From the human T2T-CHM13v2.0 reference genome, Homo sapiens, in contig CP086569.2 in the NCBI GenBank assembly GCA_009914755.4, positions 18,688,001-18,752,000 on the forward strand: DNA of 64,000 nucleotides, written 5' to 3'. Below, in pieces: positions 13,741 to 29,680 of the stretch. Position 1 is the first letter of the stretch; each line of letters begins with the position of its first letter. The notes beneath the pieces are model-generated. The model did no database searches. It was not told the DNA's origin and saw nothing but the letters and a program-made list of their open reading frames with translations. The position numbers and the translations under genes are program-made.

Positions 13741-15057
13741 TTATCTTAGAACAAAACTATTTAGGTTTCTGTACAAACCTAAGTTTTCACTTCTATATTA
13801 AGACACCACCATGTAAATTTTATTGCAATAAACATGTCATGCTGAGTAGTAAATTTATAAGTAGAGAAATGCCCCAGTGTGTTACCGAGTGAAAGGTGGT
13901 GTCTGGACAGTCAGCGCTTTCTGGAACTCTGGACTGACAAGCAGGAAGTGTTGAAGTGACTGAAAAGTTAAAGATCACAAGTACAGCATGAAGAAGACAG
14001 AGATTGGCAGTATCTACATCCATGCCAAAGGAAGTATCCTAGGAAATTTCGGCTATAACAAGAGAATGAAACTCCATATGCACATTTCTTCTGGATCACT
14101 TTTGGAGCACTAAAGCAGATAACAAACTTAGTGCTAATGCACATGTGCTAAGGGGAGCCTGATTTTAAGACTGATTTAATTTCTTTCCTTTTATGTTAAA
14201 GAGCCTTCAGGGGAAATTGCCTACTAGATCCAAGCTTTGCCAGCTTATTTTTCCTCATGATCAGCTCCTATCTATCAGCTGACAGTCCTACCCATGTGCC
14301 CCAGTGCTCTCCTTCACCGCTTCACGCCTGAAATACTGTTCTCTGCAGGCAACATCGGAAGTCCCACTTAACGCTCCACTTTCCTTCCAGCTCCTTCAAA
14401 TAATTGGCCATACATGAAATTTGGCACTAAACTTTACTAATATACACACAGGATGTGGATTACTAGTTCCTACCTCATCTTCATTAGCCTGGAGGAAAGG
14501 TTATTTTTGGAGTGCCACTGTTGTGCAGCTGGGCCATGTCTTCCTGCTGTCACTCACCCCGCTGCTCTTGGTTGGATTTCATCATAATACTCAGGATTAT
14601 ATGCTCATTAAGGGAAGGAACAACCATAGTAAAAAATACTGAAATTACTCCCAGATTTCTAGATGGGTCTTACCTTTTTCTGCACCCATAGCTCTGGGAT
14701 TTAGTTTGTTTTAATATGAGGGCTGTATAACAGGTTAAGACATCATACTAGTTTGGACACTACCGATAGGGGAAATGGAACAAAAACAGCTGTGGTTGGC
14801 GGCACTTTAAAAATGAATATTAAACTACCACAATCTTGAACAAATATCTTTATTGTAAAAATCAAATAAGTGTGGTAAAAATGATGGTAGCTATTTCACA
14901 CAAGGACACAAGACAAAAGCTTAGAATTACTTGCTTAAAGTTAATTCAGAATGGAACAAAATTGTTCAAGTGCTTAGCATTAGAAAAGGTTTTATAACCT
15001 GCTTTTCAGTGGACATTACCTATTTTACAGTAAGATCTTAGTATGGGAACAAAGAGA

Positions 15058-15135
15058 TGATTCCCAGCCTCCTGTGGTATATCATCTCAGCCTCCCAAAA
15101 TGCTGAGATTAGAGGCATGAGCCACCATGCCCAGG
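15058..15135 (-). mobile_element. Alu 5'-end fragment
   Basis: cctcccaaaatgctgagattagaggcatgagccaccatgcccagg is the antisense of the Alu left monomer start. Confidence 0.8.
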
Positions 15136-15300
15136 ACAATTCCAAACTGTTTACAAAAGTTCTGTGACTTCCTCCACCTTGCCTTACCCACAAAACAAGC
15201 ATTACTAAGAATTCCAATATATAATACAAATAAAGCAACTGCCATGACCAAAGTACTACATTGATATGTGTATGCATCAATGGTCTGTTCAATTTTTTTA
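15136..15300. repeat. Duplicated flank, copy A; homologous to 22059-22215
   Basis: ttctgtgacttcctccaccttgccttacccacaaaacaagcattac...ttccaatatataatacaaataaagcaactgccatgac matches 22080-22190. Both copies sit directly 3' of an antisense Alu 5' end. Confidence 0.7.
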
Positions 15301-15717
15301 CTGCTCTAACAGAGAACTTTGATGCATCTAAAAGGATGAGTACAAATGTTAATGTAATCCTGGCTTTTCTTTGACAACTCTCCTAAAAACTGCCTTACAA
15401 CTTTTTGCAAGTGTAAGTATCAACGGTATACTCTCTGAAGGAAAGGAAATAATCAGCTGGACCACTATACCTAGCCACTGTCAGAAGCATATATGCAACA
15501 CTTAGCACTACACACGTGTTTCCTTGGCTTCTTGAGTACTGCTGTGTACACTGCCTATACATTTTTACAACATCTCTAAATGTATAAAAGAATTAATGTG
15601 AATGTATGTGCTATCGCATTTCATTTCCAACTGCAGAATATGTTAGTTTTAAATCTATCTACCACATCTTGACTCTGACATTTATTTTTGGATTGTTACA
15701 TTAAAATCAACTACATG

Positions 15718-16030
<313 letters not shown>

Positions 16031-16531
16031 CCAAATAAACAAGTGGCAACATTCTTCTTGAATGACTATTTGATCACAGAAAACTTAGTTCCTGCCAGGT
16101 CATGATCTCTATTAGTAGCACAGCAACTTATTTGAAAGTAGATGGAAACATTTCAGATTACATTTTTATTTACTTTTCTCTTATATAGGCTGCTTCCTTG
16201 CCCTCTTTAGGGTTCCCTAATAAAATCAACTTAGAGGGACACTTAGAGGGAAAAACATAAGTGTATGAACACTTAGAGGGAAAACATAAAACAATTTGCC
16301 TTCACAATATTCTACAAATAACTATTGTAAGTTGTTTTCTTAAATACCTATTCAACTGGCTGTGAAGACTTACTTGCTAAGGGAGTTGACAGAGATAGTT
16401 CTGATGAGAAAACGTGGTCTGAAAGGTAAGCTGTGCAGCCTAAGGGAGTTACTTCAAAAGGCCACTTTCCTGACAAAGATCAAATCTTTTTTTCTATCGT
16501 CAGATTTTTAAAATTATAGAACATGCCTTAC

Positions 16532-16617
16532 TTTTATATGTAAACCATAAACATCAGTAAAGAAGTGATTTATTCCATCTTCTTGCCTTATGCCATGAAG
16601 CATAATAAGTCTCATAT
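16532..16617 (-). pseudogene. TRAPPC2: TRAPPC2-like exon (parent exon 5, 86 nt)
   Basis: Minus-strand translation (H)[28 protein letters not shown] matches TRAPPC2 [29 protein letters not shown]. The 86-nt length equals the parent exon. A gtaagg donor (rc of 16526-16531) follows. The upstream acceptor is not a clean AG. Confidence 0.8.
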
Positions 16618-17058
16618 GTGACATAATTAAGGCAACATTTTTCTTAGAAATAAAAAAAAGCAACAAGTTCATTGACACAATATTCCTCAAATTAGTCACC
16701 GGCCATGTATTTGGGATGGAAGATTTGAATGCATTAATTGGGTTTAAAATTAGCTTACTTTTACCAGAAAGAGAACATAAGCATTCTAAGTGAAAAAATA
16801 ACTACAAGATAAAGTAGCATCACCCTTGATATTTTTCAGATAAACTTTTTGGTGGGTGTGAGACTTAGTTTTAAAATTAGCTGTTCAACAAAATATTTTC
16901 TCCCCTAACAAAACAAAAGTAGTCCCATGAATGGAAACTTTTACATTCATACAAATTGTGAAGCATACAATCTCAGAGCCTGACATCTGTATTCCATCTT
17001 CTTCTAGTTCGTGAACCTGAACTTTAGTTAATTATCTTTACTAAAAAGGTAAAGTTAT

Positions 17059-17203
17059 GTCCTGCAGTAATGAATGCTGACACAAACCACTTGCTGGAGT
17101 TGCCCCCACTTTTCAAGAACATGTTGTTCAAAAGCCACATGTTCTCTTCTGTGAGGTCCAGAGCAGCATGAGCTATGAGCTGGTGCAGATGACGATAGTC
17201 ATA
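17059..17203 (-). pseudogene. TRAPPC2: TRAPPC2-like exon (parent exon 4, 145 nt)
   Basis: Minus-strand translation [48 protein letters not shown] matches [48 protein letters not shown]. The 145-nt length matches. The donor reads AT and the acceptor CT instead of GT and AG. Confidence 0.75.
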
Positions 17204-17236
17204 AGTGACTGTGTGCGCAACAACAGATTAACTTAC

Positions 17237-17347
17237 CCACATGGAATGAAGAATGCCAACATTTCATTCTGTAAATTCTATAGACGGTTTTCTTGTGCAG
17301 AAAAAGAAAAGCTTGACTTTGCTTTGTTTGCTATTGTCAAGAGACAT
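17237..17347 (-). pseudogene. TRAPPC2: TRAPPC2-like first coding exon remnant (parent exon 3), with an insertion of about 18-30 nt
   Basis: Minus-strand ATG TCT ... NEMLAFFIPCG then gtaagt donor. Compare [27 protein letters not shown]. The EM, F, P and G anchors and the ATG TCT start are conserved. Weaker than the other two exons. Confidence 0.5.
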
Positions 17348-19137
17348 ACAAGAGATCTGTTTTCTCATTATATGTAATTCTTTCTTTTAAAATACAGATT
17401 TAAAATGACACCTCAGTTATGGGTTGAAGCGTATTCTCTCCAAAATTCCTTTGTTGATGTCCCAAGTGAACAGTACCACAGAATGTGTCTTCATTTGGAA
17501 GGAGAGGTTACATGTAGACATGGTTATTTCACATGAGGTCATTTTATAATAGGGTGGGCCCCTAATAAAACCACTCATGTATTTAGAAAAAAGGATCTTT
17601 TGGAGATACATGCAGGGAGAGAAATGACACAGGGACGCTGGAGTTACACTGCTGCAAGCCAGGGAACTTCCAGAAGCTGGGAGGTTAACCAAAAAGATTC
17701 TTACCTTAAGACCTGCATAAGAAGCATGGCACCACTGACACCTTGATTTTAGACAGTGGCTCTCAGAAATGAGGCAATAAATTTCTGCTGTCCAAAGCCA
17801 CTAAATTTTTGGTACTTTATTACAACAGCCACAGGAAACAGAGACAGCCTCCTTGTTGAGGAAGCTGTTCCCAATCCTGGGCTGGAGGAGGGTGACCCAT
17901 TGTCCCAAAATGTCTCCGACATCTAAAGCATGCTTTACTTCACTCATGTTGTCACGACAAACCTAAGTGAATCTTTAGATAAATGGATGCTTTTGTGTCT
18001 CAATCAAGCAGTAGTTTCTTTTACAATGATGATCAATCCTGAAAGATTAGGAGCAAATTGTGAAAATGCCTTAACAAGGGAATGGTAGCAGGAGAAAGAA
18101 TTATAATCAATGCATGCAACAAATTATTTTTATGTGTTCTCTTTTGTCCACCACCAGGCCAGTGGAGTGCACAGAAACTATATTCATGTAGCTGCATCCC
18201 AGAAAGCAATACTGCTACAAGTACTCAAAACAATTTTTAATTAGTATTTTTCCCATAATATGAGAAAATAATGTCACAACAACACCTGGCACATAATCCT
18301 GTCTATCATATTTTGGTGAGAAGTCCTGAATAGTTGAAAAGTATCACACATTAAACATTATACATTGCAAGCAACTTACAATATGAATTCCTCAAAAGTC
18401 AGTAAAGCTGACTTGGGTACTTGAGAGAAATAGTGCAAATGTGCCAGGAATGTATTAGGAACATAAATTGGAAAGGACGGGGCTCTTTTCATGACAAAAA
18501 TCTATAGGGCTATTTACTCTGAATGACAACATGTTCTCAAGCCAAGCCTGGTTTCTGGAAATATTCTTGACAAGAAAGTCAGGTGTCATCATCTCTGGTG
18601 TTGCTTTTGAGCTTCCTGTGCATGGCTAAGTGGTCACTGGGGAGGAAAGCATGCATGTATGACCAGCCAGGAAGTGCCACTAGGGGTCACTGGGGTCTTT
18701 TTAAATCCTGTAGGTCCTCATCAAAAACATGATTCACGGAAACTGTCTGAATTTTAATGGATGAAACCCAGTAGGTCTTGATGAAAAATGTGATTCATGA
18801 AAACTGCCTGAAAACTCATAGATGACATTTCAAGGCTGCAACTTGCTACAGGTGAACTAGGCTTTTAAGTGCTCAAGTAGCAGCAATTCATGGTAGATGA
18901 CATAGTGAACTGAATATCATAGGCAAGTCAGAAGTCATGCTAGTCTGTGCTGAATTAAAGTATAAAAGAACAACTCCCAGGATATTCCTTGGCTGGCTTC
19001 TATCAGTCTCTGGGACTCCAGAGGAAGCCTCATTTAATTGTGTTGGATTTCATTAACCTCTTCTGTCCTGATCCTCCACTTCTAAAATCACACTACACTG
19101 TATTGTTACAATATAATAAAAATTCTTATGAAATTTA

Positions 19138-19299
<162 letters not shown>

Positions 19300-20003
19300 T
19301 CAATATTGAAATTCAAAGATGACTAAGGGAAGTGTAAAATTCTTGTTTTGTTTTGCTTTCTAACTTAAACTTGGAAGATGCCAGTAAGCTTGTCACCATT
19401 TCCCGTGTACTAGTGAAGATGCATGACTTCCGGAATAAACAAATGATAAAACTGTGATATTTCTTGTAGAATACTATGTATTTCTGTTAGAAACTAGAAG
19501 ACCTCTAACATAAAATCACAGATAACATTCTCATGATCTGCAAGTATGGCACATTCAGCTCAAAGGACCCTGAGTGTCTGGTGGAGTAATCTAGGCTTCA
19601 CTTGGTCTGGAGCAGTTAGCGCCAGCACTGACACTTAGAAGATTTAACAGAGGTAGACAGTAAGTTAAGAACCATAGACAGTGGTGAGAAGACCAAGGAA
19701 TTAATTAGCTTGCCTTAGAAATGTACATAAGATATCCATTGGGGGAAGCTAAAACCAAGTCTCCCTCATGTCACTTAGAAAAGAGAAGCAATGCAGCACT
19801 TTGTGCTCTATTTTTCTTCTTTCTACCTGAAGTATGTGTGCTATAAATATACGTCCTTGCAAATAAAAGAGACTACGATATGCCTCTTGACACAACAATT
19901 TATAAGAAAGGAAGTTTTGTATGCTATAAGACATGAAAGAAATATTCCATAAAGGAAGACATTTTGAGTTACTGAGAGATCTTACAACGAAGTTTAACAG
20001 ATT

Positions 20004-20325
20004 GGGGCAGGTGTAATGGCTTATGCCTGCAATGCCAGCACTTTAGAGGGCTGAGGCAGGCAGCCTGCTTCAGCCCGGGAGTTTGAGACCAGCCAAGGCA
20101 AACAGCATGGAAGAAGAAATACTTCTCTACAAAAAATACATCTCTACGGAAACACTAAAACTTTCTGGGCGTGGTGGTGTGTGCCTGTAGTTTCAGCTAC
20201 TTTGGAGGCTGACAGGAGAGAATTACCTGACACAGCAGTAAGCTGAAATATCCTGACTCGAAAACAAAACAGAACAAAACAAAACAAAACAACAACAACA
20301 ACAAAAAACAACAAAAAACTTCAAC
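20004..20325 (+). mobile_element. Alu SINE with (AAAAC)n tail
   Basis: ggggcaggtgtaatggcttatgcctgcaatgccagcactttagagggctgaggcaggcag...ggcgtggtggtgtgtgcctgtagtttcagctactttggaggctga. Tail aaaacaaaacagaacaaaacaaaac at 20262-20320. Confidence 0.85.
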
Positions 20326-21094
20326 AGATTCACAAAAGAAATGAACCTATGAGAAACTGGGGAAAAAACATGAGCAATGACATGGCTTCTGGCACAGATA
20401 ATTAAAATACAGATGAATGACTGATGGGTGGGAGCATAGATGGATATATGCAATGGTAACCCCACTGTGTGTGTTTTTAACACAAGGGATTTGAAATCAA
20501 ACGAAGCTAGGTTCCATCTAACTCTGCTACATACTTGCAATGTGACCAGAGGGAAACTTAATCTACTGTTGGTCGTCTCCTTTATATGGTAATTTTGTAT
20601 CACTTCATGGTAAAGTACCCAGCACAATGTCTGACGCACAGGACGTGCTTAATTAATATTATATAGAATAACATGGAAAGGCCAAATGCACACTGAGATG
20701 TGGGGGATTATAGCCTTGTCCACTTTCTCACTACCGTCTAAGCTGCTCTCACCCTTCAGTGGCAGAGTTAAGTATCTGCAACCAGGGTATCCCACAGAGC
20801 CAACAATATTCACTATCTGGTCTTCCAAAGACAACCTTTACTCCTGCTTTAGAAAAGAGGTGAAAAACAGATGAGATAGGAAAATTGGGTAACAAAGACA
20901 AGCAGGAATGATACAAAAGCCATGAAAACTGGCAATGATTCTCCAGAGAATGTGATGTGAGAAAGGATGGGCAGTAGAAAATTCAACAAAGTAAACAATG
21001 GTATCATGAATTATTGCTGGGCTAAATTTTAGAGCCAAAAGAAGCGGTTGTTACTTTCTTTAGTACAAACATTGAAGCAGCAGCAGCACCAAAA

Positions 21095-21180
21095 AAAGGC
21101 GGGGGCGGGAAATGTGTGTGTGTGATTTGGTGTGTGTGGTCTGCGTGTGGGTGTGTCAGTGTGTGTGTAAGGGAGATAAC
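21095..21180. repeat. GT-rich low-complexity / imperfect (GT)n
   Basis: gtgtgtgtgtgatttggtgtgtgtggtctgcgtgtgggtgtgtcagtgtgtgtgt. Confidence 0.7.
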
Positions 21181-21744
21181 ATGCATCCAATCCCCATATG
21201 AAAAGCCACAAATGTTAGAGCAGCATGGTGCTAACTCAGCAGGAGCACGGACAGAAGAGAACGCAAAGAAAAACTGCATGAGGGTGCTGTTACCAACTAC
21301 ACAGGTGGGCAGAAGACAAGACAGAGTTTACTTTATATACATTCCATGCTTATTGTGAGTTGCTAATTTTGTTTTCCTTTTGTAAACAGCTGAAGATGCA
21401 AGAAGGCTGTAATTTTTCATTCAATTTTGGCAAAGAAAACCTGACAGGTGAAGTGGAAGAATTGGAAACCCTGGGAGAAAATGGCCCCATTGCCCCAGGA
21501 AGGGAAGGTAAGAGCTGCAATCACTTAGCAAACACTTGAGGGTATTGGGCAAAGGTGAGACACACATTACTATTCTGCACTGTCCAATCTGTGGAACTTT
21601 CTCCACGGATGCAAATGTTTTACCTCTCTGCTGTCCAATATGAAAGCCAGTGAGTATTAGAAATATGGCTACTGTAATTATAGAATTGATTTTTAATTAA
21701 ACAAGAATAGCCTCATGTGGGTGGTGGCTATGTAATAGACAGCA

Positions 21745-22058
21745 CAGGTCTAGATCAAAGATTCCAAGCCAGTGGCATGATCTTGGCTCACTGCAAACTC
21801 CACCTCCCAGGTTCAGAAGATTTTCCTGCCTCAGCCTCCCGAGCAGCTGGCATTAAGGGTATGCACCATTATGCCAGGGTAAATTTTGTAATTTTAGTAG
21901 AGATAGGGTTTTGCCATATTGCCCAAGCTGGTCTTGAACTCCTGGCCTCAAGTGATCAGCAGACCTCAGCACTGCTGAGATTAGAGTCAGGAGATTGTAA
22001 AGTGCTGAGATTAGAGTCCCCAAAGTGCTGAGATTAGTCATGAGCCACCATGCCCAGC
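21745..22058 (-). mobile_element. Alu SINE with an internal tandem triplication of a 16-bp motif near its 5' end
   Basis: Antisense Alu: ...ggcatgatcttggctcactgcaaactccacctcccaggttcagaagattttcctgcctcagcctcccgagcagctgg...gggttttgccatattgcccaagctggtcttgaactcctggcctcaagtgatc. Then tgctgagattagagtc appears three times before catgagccaccatgcccagcc. Confidence 0.85.
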
Positions 22059-22215
22059 CTAATTTCAACTTTTTTATACAAAATTTCTGTGACATCCTCC
22101 ACCTTCCCTTCACCAACAAAACAAGTATTATTTACTATTCCAATATATAATGCAAATAAAGCAACTGGCATGACTGACATACCTGAATTGGCATGAATGG
22201 TCTGCTTGATTATTC
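22059..22215. repeat. Duplicated flank, copy B; homologous to 15136-15300
   Basis: ttctgtgacatcctccaccttcccttcaccaacaaaacaagtattatttactattccaatatataatgcaaataaagcaactggcatgactgac. Confidence 0.7.
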
Positions 22216-22849
22216 CATTGCTTTAAATAGGGACCTTTGAAGAATCTCCAAGGAAAACTTGTCCTAGAGGCCCTGAGGAGGTAGCTACATAGACTCAGAC
22301 AATAGATTAAATTGGGAAACTGAGGACAAGAGGAGAATCTAGGATAGTTTCCAAATGTCTAGCTGAGGGGACAAAACAGAATATGACGTCATCTAAGATG
22401 CCCTCATCCAAATCTCTAAAACTTGTGAGTATGTGAGGGCTCATGGCAAAAAGAAATTACGGTTGTTCAGCAGCTGACCTTAAGATAGGAAGATTGCCCA
22501 GGATCATCCAGCTTGATCAATGCCATTACAATGGCCTTAAATGTAGACGATGGAAGCAAAAGAGGAAAGTCAGGGGGAAGTGACAGAAGAATGGAAAAGC
22601 AATGTGATGTAGATGGCTTAGAAAATGGAAGAAGGGGCTATAGCTAAGGAATGCAGGAGGCCCCTAGAAGCTAGAAAGTACAAGGAAGCAAATTATCCTC
22701 TAGAGCCTCCAAGAGGAGCACAGTTCTGCGCACACTTCGATCTTAGCCAAACAAGACCTGTATTGGACTCCTATATTACAGAAGTGTAAGATGATACACT
22801 TGTATTAAGCCACTAAATTTAAAATAATTTATTACGATGGCTATTGTTC

Positions 22850-22867
22850 CACCTCTGCTAGAGTTTT
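22850..22867. repeat. Left target-site duplication of the L1 insertion
   Basis: cacctctgctagagtttt, identical to 26396-26413. Confidence 0.85.
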
Positions 22868-26395
<3,528 letters not shown>

Positions 26396-26413
26396 CACCT
26401 CTGCTAGAGTTTT
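26396..26413. repeat. Right target-site duplication of the L1 insertion
   Basis: cacctctgctagagtttt. Confidence 0.85.
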
Positions 26414-27899
26414 GTCATTTACTTTTTATCCCCCCAAATCCACGTTGACTGTATCCACTTCAGAACTACTATTATTTCTGTCCTCATGCCTAGAATGTTC
26501 TCCCTGATTCTGCCTGCAACCGCTACCTATTTTTAAAAATCCAACTAAGTTCTCCCCCTCCTCGATTATTTCCCACAAAAACCTACACGTTCTCCACATC
26601 CTAAGAAGTCCTGTCACTCATATTGCCTCTTGAAGTGTTCGTTTTTCACAGCCAGTGATCAAAACTCATTGTGCACTTCCTCAATGCTGTGTACAAAGCT
26701 GACACTGATCAAATTTTGTCCTCACAGGACTTGGATACTTTATCAGGCTTATTTTCCCAACCTACAACTCTGGACTCGGGTAGATTCCTCACTGCTCCCA
26801 AGAAGGTCCTGGATTTTTGTTTGTTTGTTTGTTTGTTTTTATTCCTTTGCTCACTTTTCCCCTCCCTGCAGTGCTCTTCTTTTAGCCCCCCCACCTAAAT
26901 CCTATGCATCAAAGCCCTGAGGAGTTTACACTTTTTCTCAGAGATGATCTGGATCACTTCCATCTTCAACCACCTCTCCTTTAAACTCTTTACTCAGTTT
27001 ATAATATTACCTTAGCTCTTGTTCAATTCTCTGGCCGTAACTTTTTCATTATTGCTTCTGAGAGGTTTGGCTCATTTTCTTTTTAGTTACATGTAAGCAT
27101 TATGAGGTCAGTCTCACCTTTCCTCACAACACACAACGGTGGCTATTAAAAAAACATTTCACTCTGTGGATCTCAACCCTGAGCCATCTTGCTTCCAAGA
27201 GGACATCTGGCAATGTCTGGAGACATTTATGGTTGTCTCGCTTGGGGGAGAAGGTGCTATGGACAACATAGAGACCGAGGATACAGCTAAATCTACAATG
27301 CACAGGACAGCCTCCCAAAACAAAGAATCTGCTGGCTCCAAAAGGCAAAAGTGGCTCTATTATGAAACCCTGAGTCAGCTGAATGACCCTGTTAACTGTG
27401 AAAGCAAAGCCCCCAAGAGAGCAGACACTCGCAGGTGGAAGTGTGCTCAGTGCATGGATGAGCCTGTTGGGGCGTGGCAGATCTGATCTGGCTACCCTAG
27501 GGAGGAGTGGAGGTACAGCACCAGCCTGTGCTGTCATGTAGGGCCAGCAATGTCCCACAGGGTCTCAAAATGCCTGTTTCGACTCACTCCATCCCCCTAC
27601 CTGCAGCCAGAGGTCAAGGAGGGAAAGGCATTCTCAGTCCCGCTGAGGAAACCTGCACTCCTGCGGCTTCAGCCCAGTTTGCGGGGGGCAGTTATTTGGA
27701 TACCCTGGATATGCTCTGGCGAGATGTGGGCGGAGCTTCTGTTGGGTGCTAGGCAACCAAGTGCATGCCATGTATCTTCAGAACAGGAAGACTGTACTTT
27801 GTAGGTCTCCAGGAGGGGCAGGATGGGATATGAGGGCTGTAATCTCGCGGTCCTGCCTCATTACTTTTCATCCCTAGTGTTTGAGTCCCAGCCCTCCAG

Positions 27900-28200
27900 C
27901 CACCTTTGAGTTGTGCCTAGGTCACGGTCCTCGTCCATGCCTCAGAACGGCGAAGAGAGGAGGCTTGCATGTTTGATAGAAAACCTACTTGGGATTGTGA
28001 GAGTGAGAGTGTTCAGCACGCTTGTTCCTCACCTGGGACACAGGCAGGTTTTTGAGGACGGAGATTCCCCCTCATCTTGGACCTGCATCTGTCCTGTGCA
28101 CTCAACTCTGGCCATGGCGGGGCGAAGGAGGCGGCCTGGGAGGAAGCTGATGATGGGAGGAAGCTGGCGCCTACTGACTCAGGAATACACAACTGCCCCT
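27900..28200. promoter_or_regulatory. CpG-rich island-like segment between the divergent TRAPPC2-like and OFD1-like exons. This is the putative relic of the shared bidirectional promoter.
   Basis: Locally GC- and CpG-rich (cacggtcctcgtcc, aacggcgaag, ggcggggcgaaggaggcggcc, cctcgtcgggg) in an AT-rich window. It sits about 150 bp upstream of the OFD1-like exon 2 acceptor. Confidence 0.5.
28125..28158 (+). pseudogene. OFD1: Possible OFD1-like exon 1 remnant (ATGATGG start region) with a degenerate donor
   Basis: ggaggaagctgatgatggg lies inside the CpG island. OFD1 begins MMAQ (ATG ATG GCC CAG). The motif is followed by gag|gaagct rather than a GT donor. Weak. Confidence 0.3.
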
Positions 28201-28354
28201 CGTCGGGGACAGGTAGAAATGAAGTCTTGTTGATGTTCCATAATACCTCTTTCCCTGCTAGGCCACTCAGGGTGTCCCCAGAGACCAGTGATCTTTTTTC
28301 CTTCCTTCACCTTTCCTCTATCCCCCAGATAACCTGTAATCATTTTGTCTTCTA

Positions 28355-28452
28355 GTCCAACTTGCTCCTCATGTCTGACGTGTTGAGTCAAGATGAGCTG
28401 CGAGAAAAGCTACACCAAACGTTGAAGGATCGGGGTGTACTGGGCACACTCA
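28355..28452 (+). pseudogene. OFD1: OFD1-like exon 2 (LisH motif exon)
   Basis: Acceptor cttctag| then TCC AAC TTG CTC CTC ATG TCT GAC GTG TTG AGT CAA GAT GAG CTG CGA GAA AAG CTA CAC CAA ACG TTG AAG GAT CGG GGT GTA CTG GGC ACA CTC AA |gtatcg. Translation [33 protein letters not shown] matches OFD1 [33 protein letters not shown]. No indel, substitutions only. Confidence 0.85.
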
Positions 28453-29483
28453 AGTATCGGATTTAGGTTTATCTGTTCCATAACTTTTAAAAGTGTAACC
28501 TGTAACAAGTAGTTCACATTTAAATTCATCCAATGTTTGGGTTTCAAAACTCTACCCTGAAATATTACAGTCTCTTTGAATCCATTGAGAAAATGTTGCA
28601 TTTGAATCGACTTTAAGGAGACTGTTCAAATAATTAATTGAACCCACAATAAGATAGGAGCAGAAAGCATTTATATAATGAACATGTTTTAGTAAGATTA
28701 GGCCTGTTTTATAAATCTGGCTTACAGGTTGCTAAACTGACAAGTGGGTTTGTAATAAATTAGGATGAGGAACATTAACACCATATAGAAAACACTAATG
28801 TGCTGTTTTAATAGTCTGGGAATGAACAGCTTCATCTTTAAACTATATTGATATGCCTGACTATTTAATTTGAGCAGCAAATATCTGTAGGTATGCTTTA
28901 TGTTTGGATTAACAGCTAGGAATAACATTAACTCAACGTGTTTTCATTGCAATATGTATTTCAAAAGCATATTTTACATTCAAAATATTTAGATATATCT
29001 TGTATATATGTCCTTTTTAAATTTAAATTATATGGTGTGAGCATTTCTCTGTTTCCTTAAAAGTTTCTTGAAATCCTCATCTTTAGTGGTAACAGATTTA
29101 TCTTTGGAAATTTTTGTAACACACGAGCAGTCCCTTGCTGAATATTTTGGTTATATTTTCCAACAGTCCACAGAGGTGCGAAGAAATGGCAGAATTTTTT
29201 CTTATACTTCATAGCCCAAGCGTAAGCTACTGAAATGGGCTTCTAGGGAGTGAAGTGAAGAGTCTGCAAATGGGTCTGGCTAATCATCAGTTTCACTTGG
29301 AAGCTGAGGAAATAAACATTTTTCTACAACACACTGGCCTTCTTGTCTCAGGGCATAAGACTTCTGCAGGGGAAGGTTCCTAACTTCTGGCCATGGATCT
29401 AGCAACATTATGGAAATAAAAGGAAGTTTTCCAATGAATATAACACATCTGTGTATATCTCTACTGAGAAAATCCCACTGAAG

Positions 29484-29680
29484 TTTTTTTTTTTTAACTT
29501 GTCTGACTTCCCTCCTTCCTTCCTTCTTTCCTTCCTTCTTTCTTTCCTTCCTTCTTTTCTTTCTTCCTTCCTTTCTTCCTTTCTCCTTTCCTCCCTTTCT
29601 CCCTCCCTCCCTTTATTTCTTCCTCCATTCTGTTTTTATTTTTTTCCTTTCTTTCTTCCTTCCTCCATGGCAAGACACAA
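29484..29680. repeat. (TTCC)n/(CTTT)n/(CCCT)n polypyrimidine microsatellite
   Basis: ccttccttccttctttccttccttctttctttcc...ctccctccctccc. The ORF at 29451-29696 is its translation. Confidence 0.9.

Noticed and set aside
29150-29235. Possible additional OFD1-like exon (TEVRRNGRI compared with TQLRNQLIHEL) after ttccaacag
   Set aside because: Similarity is about 50-60% over fewer than 30 nt and there is no donor site. That is too weak to call.
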